Of a DNA stretch of 56,794 nt, positions 37,341 through 47,730 are shown in pieces (position 1 is the first letter of the stretch; each line of letters starts with the position of its first letter). A program made the position numbers and the translations under genes. This stretch comes from Acidimicrobiia bacterium (lineage in GTDB: Bacteria; Actinomycetota; Acidimicrobiia; Spongiisociales; ZC4RG35), in NCBI GenBank assembly GCA_040905965.1, contig JBBDQP010000011.1, forward strand, positions 1-56,794, written 5' to 3'. The notes beneath the pieces are model-generated. The model worked only from the letters and a program-made list of their open reading frames with translations. It had not been told where the DNA came from and made no database searches.

Positions 37341-38486
37341 TCAGCAGGCGGTGGGGAGGAGGGAGGCGGCGACGGATCTCGCTTCGGCATCGACCTCGAG
37401 CACGTGATCGACGGATTCGACCGGACCACCCGTCACGGCCTCCAGCGTGCGCTCGATCAGAACGCTGATTCCGAGGAACCCGAGACGGCCGTCCAGGAAC
37501 GCCTGGACGGCGATCTCGTCGGCGGCGTTGAAGATGCAGGGCGCAATCCCACCCGACCGCCCGGCCGCATACGCCAGGTCGAGCGCCCGGAACGTGGTGC
37601 GATCGACCGCTTCAAATTGCAGATCAACCCCGGCCAGGTCGAAGGGAATCCCCGACGGTGCGCGATCCGGATACGCCAGCGCATAGGCGATCGGAATTCG
37701 CATGTCGGTGGCACCAACGTGGGCGATCATGGACCCGTCCGAAAGCTGGACAAGCGAGTGGACGAGGCTCTGGGGATGAACCACAACCTCGATCCGGTCG
37801 AATCCGACGCCGAACAGGACGTTGGCCTCGATCACTTCCAGTCCCTTGTTGACCAAGGTGGCCGAGTCGACCGAAATGCGCCGTCCCATGGACCAGGTGG
37901 GATGCGCCAGCGCCTCGGTAGGAGTGACATCGGTGAGTTCTTCCGAAGTCCTGCCCCGAAATGGTCCGCCGCTCGCAGTGAGGACGAGGGAGCTGATCTC
38001 GCTCTCCTGCGTGCCGGCCACGAGTTGGAACAGCGCCGAATGCTCGGAGTCGACCGGGATCAACTCTGCGCCGGTGCGGGAAGCGGTCTCCATCACGAGC
38101 GCACCCGCTGCAACCAGGCTCTCCTTGTTTGCCAAAGCCACGCGGTTGCCGGCTTCGAGCGCGGTAATCGTGGGACGCAAACCCGCCGAGCCCACGAGAC
38201 CGTTCACGACAATCGAATGCGGCCGGCCGGCGGCTTCGAGCATTGCAGCAGTCCCCCACTGGACTCGATTCGAGACCTCGGCGGTAAACCACTCGCGCTC
38301 TTCTGAGGACCCGCCGGTCACAACCACGCCCGCCGTCGGGAAGGATCGGACAATTTCGACGAGCTCCGGACGAGGGCGTCGGGCAACGATCACGGCGATC
38401 TCACGGCCGTGCCGCTGGGCCACCTCGATGGTCTGGCGGCCGATCGACCCGGTCGCGCCGAGGACGACGAGCGCCCGATCGGTCAC
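37341..38486 (-). CDS. dxr: 1-deoxy-D-xylulose 5-phosphate reductoisomerase
   Basis: LGATGSIGRQT, LANKESLV, PVDSEHSA and HPTWSMG motifs. Confidence 0.95.
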   Translation of the reverse strand: MTDRALVVLGATGSIGRQTIEVAQRHGREIAVIVARRPRPELVEIVRSFPTAGVVVTGGSSEEREWFTAEVSNRVQWGTAAMLEAAGRPHSIVVNGLVGSAGLRPTITALEAGNRVALANKESLVAAGALVMETASRTGAELIPVDSEHSALFQLVAGTQESEISSLVLTASGGPFRGRTSEELTDVTPTEALAHPTWSMGRRISVDSATLVNKGLEVIEANVLFGVGFDRIEVVVHPQSLVHSLVQLSDGSMIAHVGATDMRIPIAYALAYPDRAPSGIPFDLAGVDLQFEAVDRTTFRALDLAYAAGRSGGIAPCIFNAADEIAVQAFLDGRLGFLGISVLIERTLEAVTGGPVESVDHVLEVDAEARSVAASLLPTAC

Positions 38487-39640
38487 AAGTAATCGAGGAG
38501 GACGAACACGAAGTAACCGACAGGGACCACGAACAGCAGAGCGTCGATGCGGTCGAGCATGCCGCCGTGTCCGGGGAGGATCGATCCCATGTCCTTGGTG
38601 TCCAGCGCCCGCTTGACCACCGACTCGGCCGCGTCGCCCAGCGGGGCGAACAGCGAGACGACCAATGCGAGCAAGATCGCCCCCGAGAAATCCATGAAGT
38701 CGTATGCGGGGATCGTCGAGAGAATCGACGCCAATGCGGCCGTGACGACGATGCCACCGACGAGGCCCTCCACCGTCTTGCGGGGCGAAACCTTCGGGGC
38801 GATCCGACGACGACCGAAAGCCCTTCCGACGAAGTATCCGGCGATATCGAAAGAGGCGGTGAGGAGCACAAGGAGCATCACCAGTTCAACTGCGTTCTCG
38901 GCACGGCCGATCACGATCGCGAAGGACAGGAGCGACACCCACACCATTCCCATGACTGTGACTGCGGCATTCTCCAGCGGGTCCCTCCTGACGACGACCG
39001 AGTAGAAGAGGGCGACGCCGGTCACCGCGGCGACGAGCGTCGAAGCGAGGGCATCGACGCCTCCCACGTGGGCGGCGATCGCTCCCCCGACGACTCCGAG
39101 AAACCCGAACAACGCCACTGGGCGGAACCCGCGGGAGCGCAAGGTGGCATACAACTCCCCCACCGACATGACCATCACCACGGTCACCATCGCCGTGAAC
39201 CAGGCCCCACCGAGAAACAGACAACCCAGGAACAGGCCTACCAGCACCAGCCCCGAGGAGACTCTCAACGTCAGATCAGACGTCCTGGCTTGTTCGGCTG
39301 CCTCGACGTCCTCTTCGGACACTCCCGGCATGCCGGTGACATCTTCGAAGCCAACGAGACCCGACCCGACCCCTGGCATGGAGGCGGCGACCGCCTGCCG
39401 TTCGTATTCGAGATCTCCTGCTGCGGCGATCTCCTCAGCGAGGCCTTGATATTCCCTGGTGGTTGCGGCCAGGTAGTCGTCGTGGGTGTAGTCCTCGAGG
39501 TGGGCGCTGCCGACGCCGGACGCAACCTCGTCTTCACGATCTTCGATCACCTCGGGAGCGTCCTCCGAATCCGACGAGACGTCCGAATCAGGGTCCTCCC
39601 ACGGCCGCGTGAAACGCGTCGGGCGATCGTCATCTGCCAC
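38483..39640 (-). CDS. cdsA: Phosphatidate cytidylyltransferase with a ~120-aa acidic N-terminal extension
   Basis: The C-terminal CTP_transf_1 signature is SVVKRALDTKDMGSILPGHGGMLDRIDALLF. The N-terminus MADDDRPTRFTRPWEDPDSDVSSDSEDAPEVIEDREDE is non-membrane and acidic. Confidence 0.85.
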   Translation of the reverse strand: MADDDRPTRFTRPWEDPDSDVSSDSEDAPEVIEDREDEVASGVGSAHLEDYTHDDYLAATTREYQGLAEEIAAAGDLEYERQAVAASMPGVGSGLVGFEDVTGMPGVSEEDVEAAEQARTSDLTLRVSSGLVLVGLFLGCLFLGGAWFTAMVTVVMVMSVGELYATLRSRGFRPVALFGFLGVVGGAIAAHVGGVDALASTLVAAVTGVALFYSVVVRRDPLENAAVTVMGMVWVSLLSFAIVIGRAENAVELVMLLVLLTASFDIAGYFVGRAFGRRRIAPKVSPRKTVEGLVGGIVVTAALASILSTIPAYDFMDFSGAILLALVVSLFAPLGDAAESVVKRALDTKDMGSILPGHGGMLDRIDALLFVVPVGYFVFVLLDYL

Positions 39641-39642
39641 GT

Positions 39643-40194
39643 TCAGACCTCGAGCAATTCGCTCTCCTTGCGGGAGAGCAGATCGTCGATCTTCGCGACC
39701 ATCGAGTCGGTGAGATCTTGAAGGTCCTTTTCCGCACGGTGGATCTCGTCATCGGAGATCTCCCCGTGCAACGCCTCCATGTCCGATTTGGCATGGCGAC
39801 GAACGTTACGCACTGCGATCCGACCCTCCTCTGCCATGTGGCGGACGAGACGGATGAGTTCTTTACGACGTTCTTCGGTCAGCGTCGGGAAGGCGATGCG
39901 GATCACGGTGCCATCGTTCGAGGGGTTCAGACCAAGGTCCGATTCGCGGATGGCTCGTTCGATGTTCGCCAAGGCTCCCTTGTCAAACGGCTGGACGACG
40001 AGCAGGCGTGGCTCGGGCACACTCATCGAGGCCAACTGCTGCAGCGGTGTGAGTGTGCCGTAGTACTCAGCGTGGATCCGCTGAAGAATCTGGGGGTTGG
40101 CGCGTCCGGTCCGCACGGTGCCGAACTCCGATGCGACGTGATCGACGGCCGAATCCATTCCTGCCTCCGCCTCTTTGAGAAGATCGTCGAGCAC
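39643..40194 (-). CDS. frr: Ribosome recycling factor
   Basis: 183 aa. FGTVRTGRANPQILQRI...NPSNDGTVIRIAFPTLTEERRKEL is typical of RRF. Confidence 0.95.
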   Translation of the reverse strand: MLDDLLKEAEAGMDSAVDHVASEFGTVRTGRANPQILQRIHAEYYGTLTPLQQLASMSVPEPRLLVVQPFDKGALANIERAIRESDLGLNPSNDGTVIRIAFPTLTEERRKELIRLVRHMAEEGRIAVRNVRRHAKSDMEALHGEISDDEIHRAEKDLQDLTDSMVAKIDDLLSRKESELLEV

Positions 40195-40202
40195 CGTTCC
40201 TC

Positions 40203-41572
<1,370 letters not shown>

Positions 41573-41583
41573 TTCGTTCTCTC

Positions 41584-42300
41584 TCAGGACTCGTCGTCGG
41601 ACTTCTGGTTCTTGGCGGATGCGAGCTCCCGACCTTCCTTGGCGGCCTCTGCGAGCGCCATGGCGATCAATTCAGCGGAACGAATCGCGTCGTCGTTGCC
41701 GGGTATCACGATGTCGACGGCATCGGGATCGCAGTTCGAATCGACCAGGGCGATGACCTTGAGGCCGAGACGCTGCGCTTCCTTGACGGCGGTGTGCTCG
41801 GCGTTCACGTCGACGATGAACACCGCATTCGGCACACGGGTCAGATCTCGGACGCCCCCCAGGTTCGCCTGGAGCTTCTCGAGCTCCCGGCGAAGACGGA
41901 GGCGCTCCTTCTTCGGGCGCTCCTGCATCTCGCCGGACTCTTCCATACGCTCGAGTTCGCGCATGTAATAGATCCGCTTCTGGATGGTCTGGAAGTTGGT
42001 GAGCATCCCGCCCAGCCAGCGATAGTTCACGAATGGCATCGCCGACGCATTGGCGGCCATCTCGACAGGCGACTGCGCCTGCTTCTTGGTGCCGACGAAA
42101 AGGATCGTGCCACCGCTGGCGGCCATATCCTTGACGTAGTCGGCGGCCTTATTGACCTGATCGAGGGTCTGGCGCAGGTCGATGATGTGGATGCCGTTGC
42201 GCTCGCCGTAGATGTATGGCGCCATCTTCGGGTTCCACCGGCGTGTCTGATGCCCGAAATGGACACCTGCTTCGAGCAGTTGCTTCATGGTCACAGCCAT
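41584..42300 (-). CDS. rpsB: 30S ribosomal protein S2
   Basis: ATG at 42298-42300 preceded by AGGAAGGA. MAVTMKQLLEAGVHFGHQTRRWNPKM is the S2 signature. Confidence 0.95.
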   Translation of the reverse strand: MAVTMKQLLEAGVHFGHQTRRWNPKMAPYIYGERNGIHIIDLRQTLDQVNKAADYVKDMAASGGTILFVGTKKQAQSPVEMAANASAMPFVNYRWLGGMLTNFQTIQKRIYYMRELERMEESGEMQERPKKERLRLRRELEKLQANLGGVRDLTRVPNAVFIVDVNAEHTAVKEAQRLGLKVIALVDSNCDPDAVDIVIPGNDDAIRSAELIAMALAEAAKEGRELASAKNQKSDDES

Positions 42301-42489
42301 GTCTGGGTTCCTTCCTGGTTGTCGTCCGCTCCGCGCGCCAACCGATCGTGATCGGTGGTGAGTCCACAAAGGTCCGAAGACCGTGGACCATCCCAACCGG
42401 GCGAACCCGGACCAGAGGGATGCACGAGGCGTGCTTGATTGACGCCAAGGCTAGCCAGCCACTCCCCCCGGCTCCAAGGCGACAGGCGA

Positions 42490-43278
42490 CTACCGAAAGG
42501 AAGGTTCGGTCATCCGATTGCGAAGCGACATCACGCTCTTGGCGTGGATCTGACACACCCTCGATTCCGTGACTCCGAGGACGTCACCCACTTCGGCGAG
42601 AGTCAGGCCCTCGAAGTAGTAGAGAGTGAGGACGAGACGTTCACGATCGGGGAGTCGGTTGATGGCGTCGGCCAGTATTCGCCTGGTCTCTTCCTTCTGG
42701 AACGCCTGTTCCGGACTGAGCCCTGAAGCATCGGCCACGACGTCACCGAGCGAACTCGACGTGCCGGGTCCGAGGATCTCGTCGAGGGCGACGAGACCCA
42801 AGGTGGAAATCTCGGCGAGATTGTCCTGAAGGTGGTCGATGCGCACGTTCATGTGTCTGGCGAGTTCCTCGTCGGACGGAGTCCGTTGAAGGCGATGTTC
42901 GAGCTCGACGACCGACCGTTCGATCTCACGTGCCCGAGATCGGACCGAGCGAGGCACCCAATCGAGCGCACGCAACTCGTCGAGGATCGCGCCCTTGATC
43001 CGGTTGATGGCGTAGGTCTCGAACTTGAAGCCTCGTTCGGGTTCGAACTTCTCGATGGCGTCGATCAGCCCGAAGATGCCGTTGGACACGAGGTCGTTCT
43101 GGTCGACGTTGCGCGGGAGTCCGACACCGACTCGGCCCGCCACAAACTTGACGAGCGGCGAGTAGTGGACGATCAGCCGATCCCTGATCCCCGGATGTCC
43201 GGTGGTCTTGTACTCGGTCCACAGAACCGAGATGTCGTCGACCGCCGCCGGATCAGGCCCGCGGGTGGCTTCGCTCAT
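42490..43278 (-). CDS. FliA/WhiG-family (group 3) RNA polymerase sigma factor
   Basis: Region 2 reads DLVSNGIFGLIDAIEKFEPERGFKFETYAINRIKGAILDELR. Region 4 reads LPDRERLVLTLYYFEGLTLAEVGDVLGVTESRVCQIH. It sits next to rpsB, as whiG does in Streptomyces. The ATG at 43276-43278 overlaps the xerC 3' end by 26 nt. Confidence 0.8.
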   Translation of the reverse strand: MSEATRGPDPAAVDDISVLWTEYKTTGHPGIRDRLIVHYSPLVKFVAGRVGVGLPRNVDQNDLVSNGIFGLIDAIEKFEPERGFKFETYAINRIKGAILDELRALDWVPRSVRSRAREIERSVVELEHRLQRTPSDEELARHMNVRIDHLQDNLAEISTLGLVALDEILGPGTSSSLGDVVADASGLSPEQAFQKEETRRILADAINRLPDRERLVLTLYYFEGLTLAEVGDVLGVTESRVCQIHAKSVMSLRNRMTEPSFR

Positions 43279-44146
43279 ATGTCCTTCGAAGATGGTCTCT
43301 CGTGATGTGAGTGTAAATTTGGGTGGTTGCCAGATCAACGTGACCCAGGAGTTCCTGGACAACCCGCAAGTCCGCTCCACCCTCCAACAGGTGTGTCGCA
43401 AAGGAGTGACGGATGGCGTGCGGATGAGTCCCGAGCCTCTGGCGCACCACTCTCCGTATCCCTCTGGTGTCCAGGCTACCCCCCCGCACGCCAATCCAGA
43501 GATCATCGGTCTGTTCGACCAGCAGTTGGGGCCGACCGCGGAGGATCCAGGCGTCGACGGCTCGTTGGGCGGGAGTCCCGATCGGGACAACGCGATCCCG
43601 GCCACCCTTGCCCCTCGTCCGCAACTCGGCGCGATCTTTCGCATCGCGAACCGTCAGCGCTGCAACCTCTGACACACGCAGGCCTGTTGCATACAGAACT
43701 TCCAGCAGCGCCCTGTCACGAAGGTCGACGGGATCTTCACCGACGATCGAGTCGAGCACCGAAGCGACTACCGCAGGTCTGAGCGCCTGCGGTAGTCGCT
43801 CCGGCCTCTTCGGGCGGTGGAGGCCGGCGGCAGGATTGGAGTCGACAATTCCCCTACGAAGGGCGTCTGCGTAGAACGCCCGGACCGACGACGATTTCCG
43901 CGCCACGGATGTGCGGGCGTATCCCCTGGTGTCGAGGTGAGCGAGCCACCGTCGGATCAGTCTCCGATCGACTTCGGTGATCGAGTCACACCCGGCCCGC
44001 GAGCAGAATTCGAAGAATTGGGAGAGATCGCGCCGGTAGGCGTCGAGCGTGTGCGACGACATCCCGCGCTGGGAACCGCACCGCCCGAGATACTCGTCCA
44101 GGCGTTCGATCGCCCAATCCGGCGGGTCTGGGATGCGTGACACCAC
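43253..44146 (-). CDS. xerC: Tyrosine recombinase XerC
   Basis: 297 aa. A phage-integrase SAM-like N-domain, then catalytic ATGLRVSE...HAIRHSFATHLLEGGADLRVVQELLGHVDLATTQIYTH. Confidence 0.9.
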   Translation of the reverse strand: MVSRIPDPPDWAIERLDEYLGRCGSQRGMSSHTLDAYRRDLSQFFEFCSRAGCDSITEVDRRLIRRWLAHLDTRGYARTSVARKSSSVRAFYADALRRGIVDSNPAAGLHRPKRPERLPQALRPAVVASVLDSIVGEDPVDLRDRALLEVLYATGLRVSEVAALTVRDAKDRAELRTRGKGGRDRVVPIGTPAQRAVDAWILRGRPQLLVEQTDDLWIGVRGGSLDTRGIRRVVRQRLGTHPHAIRHSFATHLLEGGADLRVVQELLGHVDLATTQIYTHITRDHLRRTYERSHPRA

Positions 44147-44219
44147 CGGATGGTACGCCCCAGATCGCGAAAACCCGAGGCAGCCGACAGAAGTGACCGA
44201 CGAGTTCGCAGACGCTCAC

Positions 44220-44283
44220 GCCCCCCTCGCCCGGCCCAAAGCGGCCGTGCGGTCCCCCCAACGTCGCTTCGCTCCTGGGGGGA
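44220..44283. repeat. G/C-hairpin REP-like repeat, family 2, copy D1 (no IS attached)
   Basis: gcccccctcgcccggcccaaagcggccgtgcggtccccccaacgtcgcttcgctcctggggggac is near-identical to 53076-53138. It contains the hairpins GGCC(G)..caaagc..GGCC and CCCCC-N17-GGGGG. It lies 15 nt downstream of the dprA stop. Confidence 0.8.
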
Positions 44284-44298
44284 CTGACTCGCTCCAGG

Positions 44299-45114
44299 TC
44301 ACATCACCGGTTCGACCATGCCGCTGGCGAGACGGACGAGGCCGGCAAGTTCCCACTCGCCGATCCGCTTGGAGGCTTCGCCGATGGTGACTCCCATGGC
44401 GGCGGCGACTTCGTGGACGAACATGGGCCCGTCGAGGGGGAGTTCGGGGCGAGGTTCGCGTGGGGCAGCGGGACCGATCGACCGTTCGAGCGCCTCGATC
44501 AGTTCACCGGGAGCGATGACCGGGTGCGCGCCGTCGGCGATGAGGCGATTGGTGCCTCGGGATGTCTCCCGGTCGAGGTCGCCGGGGACGGCGAAGACAT
44601 CGATCCCGTGCTCCATCGCGATCCTGGCAGTGATCAACGCGCCAGAGCGTTCGGCGGCTTCTGCGACAACCACCGCGCCTGCGAGCCCGACGATGATCCG
44701 GTTTCGAGCCGGGAAGCGCCACGGGGCGGGTTCGACCCCCGGCCTGTATTCGGACACGACGGCACCGGACTCGAGTATCCGCTCTCCCAGTTGGCGGTTC
44801 GACACCGGATACCAGGTGTCGATTCCGCAACCGAGCACCGCGACCGTTCTCCCCCGTCCGTCCAGGGCACCCAGATGAGACGCAGTGTCGATGCCCCTCG
44901 CGAGTCCGCTCACCACCGTCCACCCTGCGGAAACGATGGAGCGCGAGATCGTCCGGGCGAGCGCAGCACCGTATCGAGTGCACCGTCGCGATCCGACCAC
45001 TGCGACGGCCGGAGCCATAGACAGGGTGCCCCTCACATAGAGCCTGTCGGGAGGATCGCTCAGACGCAGGAGGGACTCGGGATATCCGGCGTCTCCCTTG
45101 TCGATCGTTCTCAT
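44299..45114 (-). CDS. dprA: DNA-processing protein DprA (short form)
   Basis: ATG at 45112-45114 overlaps the yifB stop (ATGA). YPESLLRL..PPDRLYVRG, VAVVGSRRCTRYG, SGLARGIDTASH and a C-terminal winged-helix-like domain. Confidence 0.85.
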   Translation of the reverse strand: MRTIDKGDAGYPESLLRLSDPPDRLYVRGTLSMAPAVAVVGSRRCTRYGAALARTISRSIVSAGWTVVSGLARGIDTASHLGALDGRGRTVAVLGCGIDTWYPVSNRQLGERILESGAVVSEYRPGVEPAPWRFPARNRIIVGLAGAVVVAEAAERSGALITARIAMEHGIDVFAVPGDLDRETSRGTNRLIADGAHPVIAPGELIEALERSIGPAAPREPRPELPLDGPMFVHEVAAAMGVTIGEASKRIGEWELAGLVRLASGMVEPVM

Positions 45115-46535
45115 GCCGCCCTCAGAGCGATCGCTTCGAGGACGTGATCGAGCACCACTTCGTCTGAGGCCGCCAAATCGGCGATGGTCCTGGCCACCCG
45201 CCTGACCTTGTCGTGCCCGCGTCCGGTGAGAACCCCGTCGGCGAGCGCCTTGGCGAGCACCGATGCCGCCTCGGAGGTCCAGGGGTCGGTATCTCGCGCC
45301 GCGGCGACCGAACGTGCCGCGACGACGCGAGCGCGGACCTCCGCGGACCCCTCTTCCGAACCACCGTCGAAGGACTCGGGCCGTCCGATGGCGACGGAGA
45401 TGTCGAACCGGTCCAGCAACGGTCCAGAGAGCTTCCGTCGATACTTGCGAACTTCGGCGTCCGAGCACGCGCACGGCTTGATCCGGTCGCCCCGGTACCC
45501 ACAAGGACACGGGTTGGTGGCTGCAATCACCTGGCCGGTGGACGGGTACCGCACAGTCGCCCCCCGACGGGCAATGCTCACGGCCCGGTCTTCGAGCGGC
45601 TGACGAAGTCCGTCCAGGACATGGGACGGAAACTCACCCAGCTCGTCGAGAAAGAGCACGCCACCGGACGCAAGACTCACTTCGCCGGGTTCCGGGACGC
45701 CCGATCCGCCACCGAGCAGAGCCGCCACGGAAGCAGAGTGATGCGGCGATCGAAACGGGCGACCGCCGGGATGGAGTCCGCGGGACGACGCTGCCCACAC
45801 CGACGCCGTCTCAAGTCTCTCTTCGGGCGTCGGTGGCGGTAGCAGAGACGGCAATCGCTTGGCGAGCATCGACTTTCCCGCTCCCGGCGGACCGATGAGC
45901 AGCATGTGGTGGCCGCCTGCCGCTGCGATCTCCAGCGCCCGTCGTGCGACCGGCTGGCCCTTCACGTCGCCCAAGTCGTGCTCCTCGACCCACTCTTCGG
46001 GAAGAGCTGTCGGCGACACCGCTCGCCCGGCGTCCAGCGCGGCCTCGACGGCATCACAGAGGGTGTCGACCGGTCGGACGTCGACCCCCTCGACCAGGAA
46101 TGCCTCGTTCTCGCCGCCTCTCGGCACGAGCAGCGGGCGACCGAGAACGCGCGCCACCCGGGCCGCGGCCAGGATGTTGCGACTCACACGGACCTTGCCA
46201 TCGAGGGCGAGTTCACCGACCGAGACGACCGCCGCCACTGCAGGTGGGACGAGTCGTTCGGCGGCGAGTATCCCGAGGGCGATAGGGAGGTCGTAGGCCG
46301 GTCCGGTCTTCGGCAGGGCAGCGGGAGCCAGGTTCACCGTCACGCGGCGGTTTTTCGGGAATCGGAAGCCGGAAGTGGCAAAGGCCGACTTGACCCTGTG
46401 TGTCGCCTCGCGAACTGCGGTGTCGGGAAGACCGACGATCCCGAAGCCCATCTTTCCTGATGCGACGTGGGTCTCGACGTGGACGGGTCGAGCGTCGACC
46501 CCTACCTGGGCAGCGGAAGCGGTGGAGGAGAACAT
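45111..46535 (-). CDS. YifB/ComM-family Mg-chelatase-like AAA+ ATPase
   Basis: 474 aa. A Lon-protease-like N-domain (GLPDTAVREATHRVKSA), Walker A GPPGAGKSMLAKR, VLFLDELGEF and a C-terminal ChlI-like domain. Confidence 0.9.
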   Translation of the reverse strand: MFSSTASAAQVGVDARPVHVETHVASGKMGFGIVGLPDTAVREATHRVKSAFATSGFRFPKNRRVTVNLAPAALPKTGPAYDLPIALGILAAERLVPPAVAAVVSVGELALDGKVRVSRNILAAARVARVLGRPLLVPRGGENEAFLVEGVDVRPVDTLCDAVEAALDAGRAVSPTALPEEWVEEHDLGDVKGQPVARRALEIAAAGGHHMLLIGPPGAGKSMLAKRLPSLLPPPTPEERLETASVWAASSRGLHPGGRPFRSPHHSASVAALLGGGSGVPEPGEVSLASGGVLFLDELGEFPSHVLDGLRQPLEDRAVSIARRGATVRYPSTGQVIAATNPCPCGYRGDRIKPCACSDAEVRKYRRKLSGPLLDRFDISVAIGRPESFDGGSEEGSAEVRARVVAARSVAAARDTDPWTSEAASVLAKALADGVLTGRGHDKVRRVARTIADLAASDEVVLDHVLEAIALRAA

Positions 46536-46574
46536 GAACCCGGAAGGTATGGACCGGGTCGGACAGAATCTCGC

Positions 46575-47348
46575 TCAGCGGCCCTGGAAGTCGGGGGGTC
46601 GCTTCTGGACGAACGAAACGACGCCTTCGATGAAGTCTGAGGTCGTGAAACAGATCGCCTGGTTCTGGGCTTCCCAACTGAGCGCATCCGGGAACGAAAC
46701 ATCCCAGGAGTGGTCGATCCCCTGCTTGGCAAACATCTGGGCGATGGGAGCTCCCGACAGGAATCGGTCAACCTGGGTGGACACTCGGGCGTCGAGCTCG
46801 TCGGGCTCCACAACGTCCAGACAGAGTCCGATCTGAAGCGCCTCTTCGGCTTCGACGATCCGGCCTGACAGGGCCAGATCCTTCGCTCTCTGGAGTCCGA
46901 CGACACGGGGAAGCAGCCACGAACCGCCGAAGTCGAGGGTGAGCCCGCGCCGCACGAAGATCTCGGCGAATCGTGCCCGGGTCGAGGCGATCACGACATC
47001 ACACCCGAGCGCCATGTTCATCCCCGCACCGACCGCGACTCCGTCAACCACCGCGATCGTCGGCTTGGTGATCCGGTGGAGAGCCAGGGCGGCGGCACCC
47101 GTTCGCTTCATCCGGCGAGTGCCTTCGGCAATCGGGTAGGGCTCGATGCCGTCGCCGAGATCGGCGCCTGCGCAGAAGTCACCGCCCGCACCTCGAACCA
47201 CGAGCACCCTGGAATCAGAGGCCTCGAACGCCTCGAACGCCTCCGCCAGATCCGTCCATCCATCGGCGGGGATGGCGTTGCGTCGCTCGGGCCGGTTGAT
47301 GGTGAGAGTGCGGACAGACTCACGTTCTTCGATTTCGAACCATGACAT
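46575..47348 (-). CDS. Enoyl-CoA hydratase/isomerase (crotonase) family protein
   Basis: ATG at 47346-47348. TLTINRPERRNAI, GAGGDFCAGADL and VDGVAVGAGMNMALGCD are oxyanion-hole motifs. Confidence 0.85.
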   Translation of the reverse strand: MSWFEIEERESVRTLTINRPERRNAIPADGWTDLAEAFEAFEASDSRVLVVRGAGGDFCAGADLGDGIEPYPIAEGTRRMKRTGAAALALHRITKPTIAVVDGVAVGAGMNMALGCDVVIASTRARFAEIFVRRGLTLDFGGSWLLPRVVGLQRAKDLALSGRIVEAEEALQIGLCLDVVEPDELDARVSTQVDRFLSGAPIAQMFAKQGIDHSWDVSFPDALSWEAQNQAICFTTSDFIEGVVSFVQKRPPDFQGR

Positions 47349-47403
47349 GACGGCGAGAGTACCGACACCATGCGAAGGTTCGGTCACCCGGTAGCGTGAC
47401 TGT

Positions 47404-47517
47404 GTGGGCTTCAACCCGTTCCGAGAGCAGAAGAGAACCGCGCTCGATGTGGCAGCGGTGGTTGGCGCGCTCTTGCTGACCATCGCGGCGGTGGTGTGGG
47501 CCGTGGTGGGCGGCTGA
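47404..47517 (+). CDS. Possible 37-aa single-pass membrane micro-ORF (not in the ORF track, below its length cut-off)
   Basis: I translated from the GTG at 47404: VGFNPFREQKRTALDVAAVVGALLLTIAAVVWAVVGG, stop TGA at 47515-47517. The stop lies 3 nt before the GTG start of the next ORF. There is no convincing RBS, so the call is speculative. Confidence 0.2.
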   Translation: MGFNPFREQKRTALDVAAVVGALLLTIAAVVWAVVGG

Positions 47518-47520
47518 GAG

Positions 47521-47730
47521 GTGGACGAGGTCGTCGTGCCGGTGCAGCCCTATGCGGCGCGCAAGACGTATGTCTGTCCCGGCTGTGAACTGTCGATCGT
47601 TCCCGGCACCTACCACCTCGTGGTGGTTCCCGAGTTCTCACCCGACCTGAGAAGGCATTGGCATCGGGGCTGCTGGCATCGAGAGCTCCGACGTCGCCAC
47701 GGGCGGTCACTCGGCAGCAACGTTTCGTAG
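47521..47730 (+). CDS. Small hypothetical Cys/His-rich (zinc-ribbon-like) protein
   Basis: 69 aa. YVCPGCELSI...HLVVVP...RRHWHRGCWHRE gives a CPxC plus H/C pair. Its 3' end overlaps the convergent yraN by 24 nt. Confidence 0.4.
   Translation: MDEVVVPVQPYAARKTYVCPGCELSIVPGTYHLVVVPEFSPDLRRHWHRGCWHRELRRRHGRSLGSNVS

Noticed and set aside
42149-42556. 135-aa minus-strand ORF covering the rpsB leader
   Set aside because: It overlaps the rpsB 5' end and the sigma-factor 3' end in other frames. The composition is Arg/Pro-rich. The region is better explained as a structured leader.
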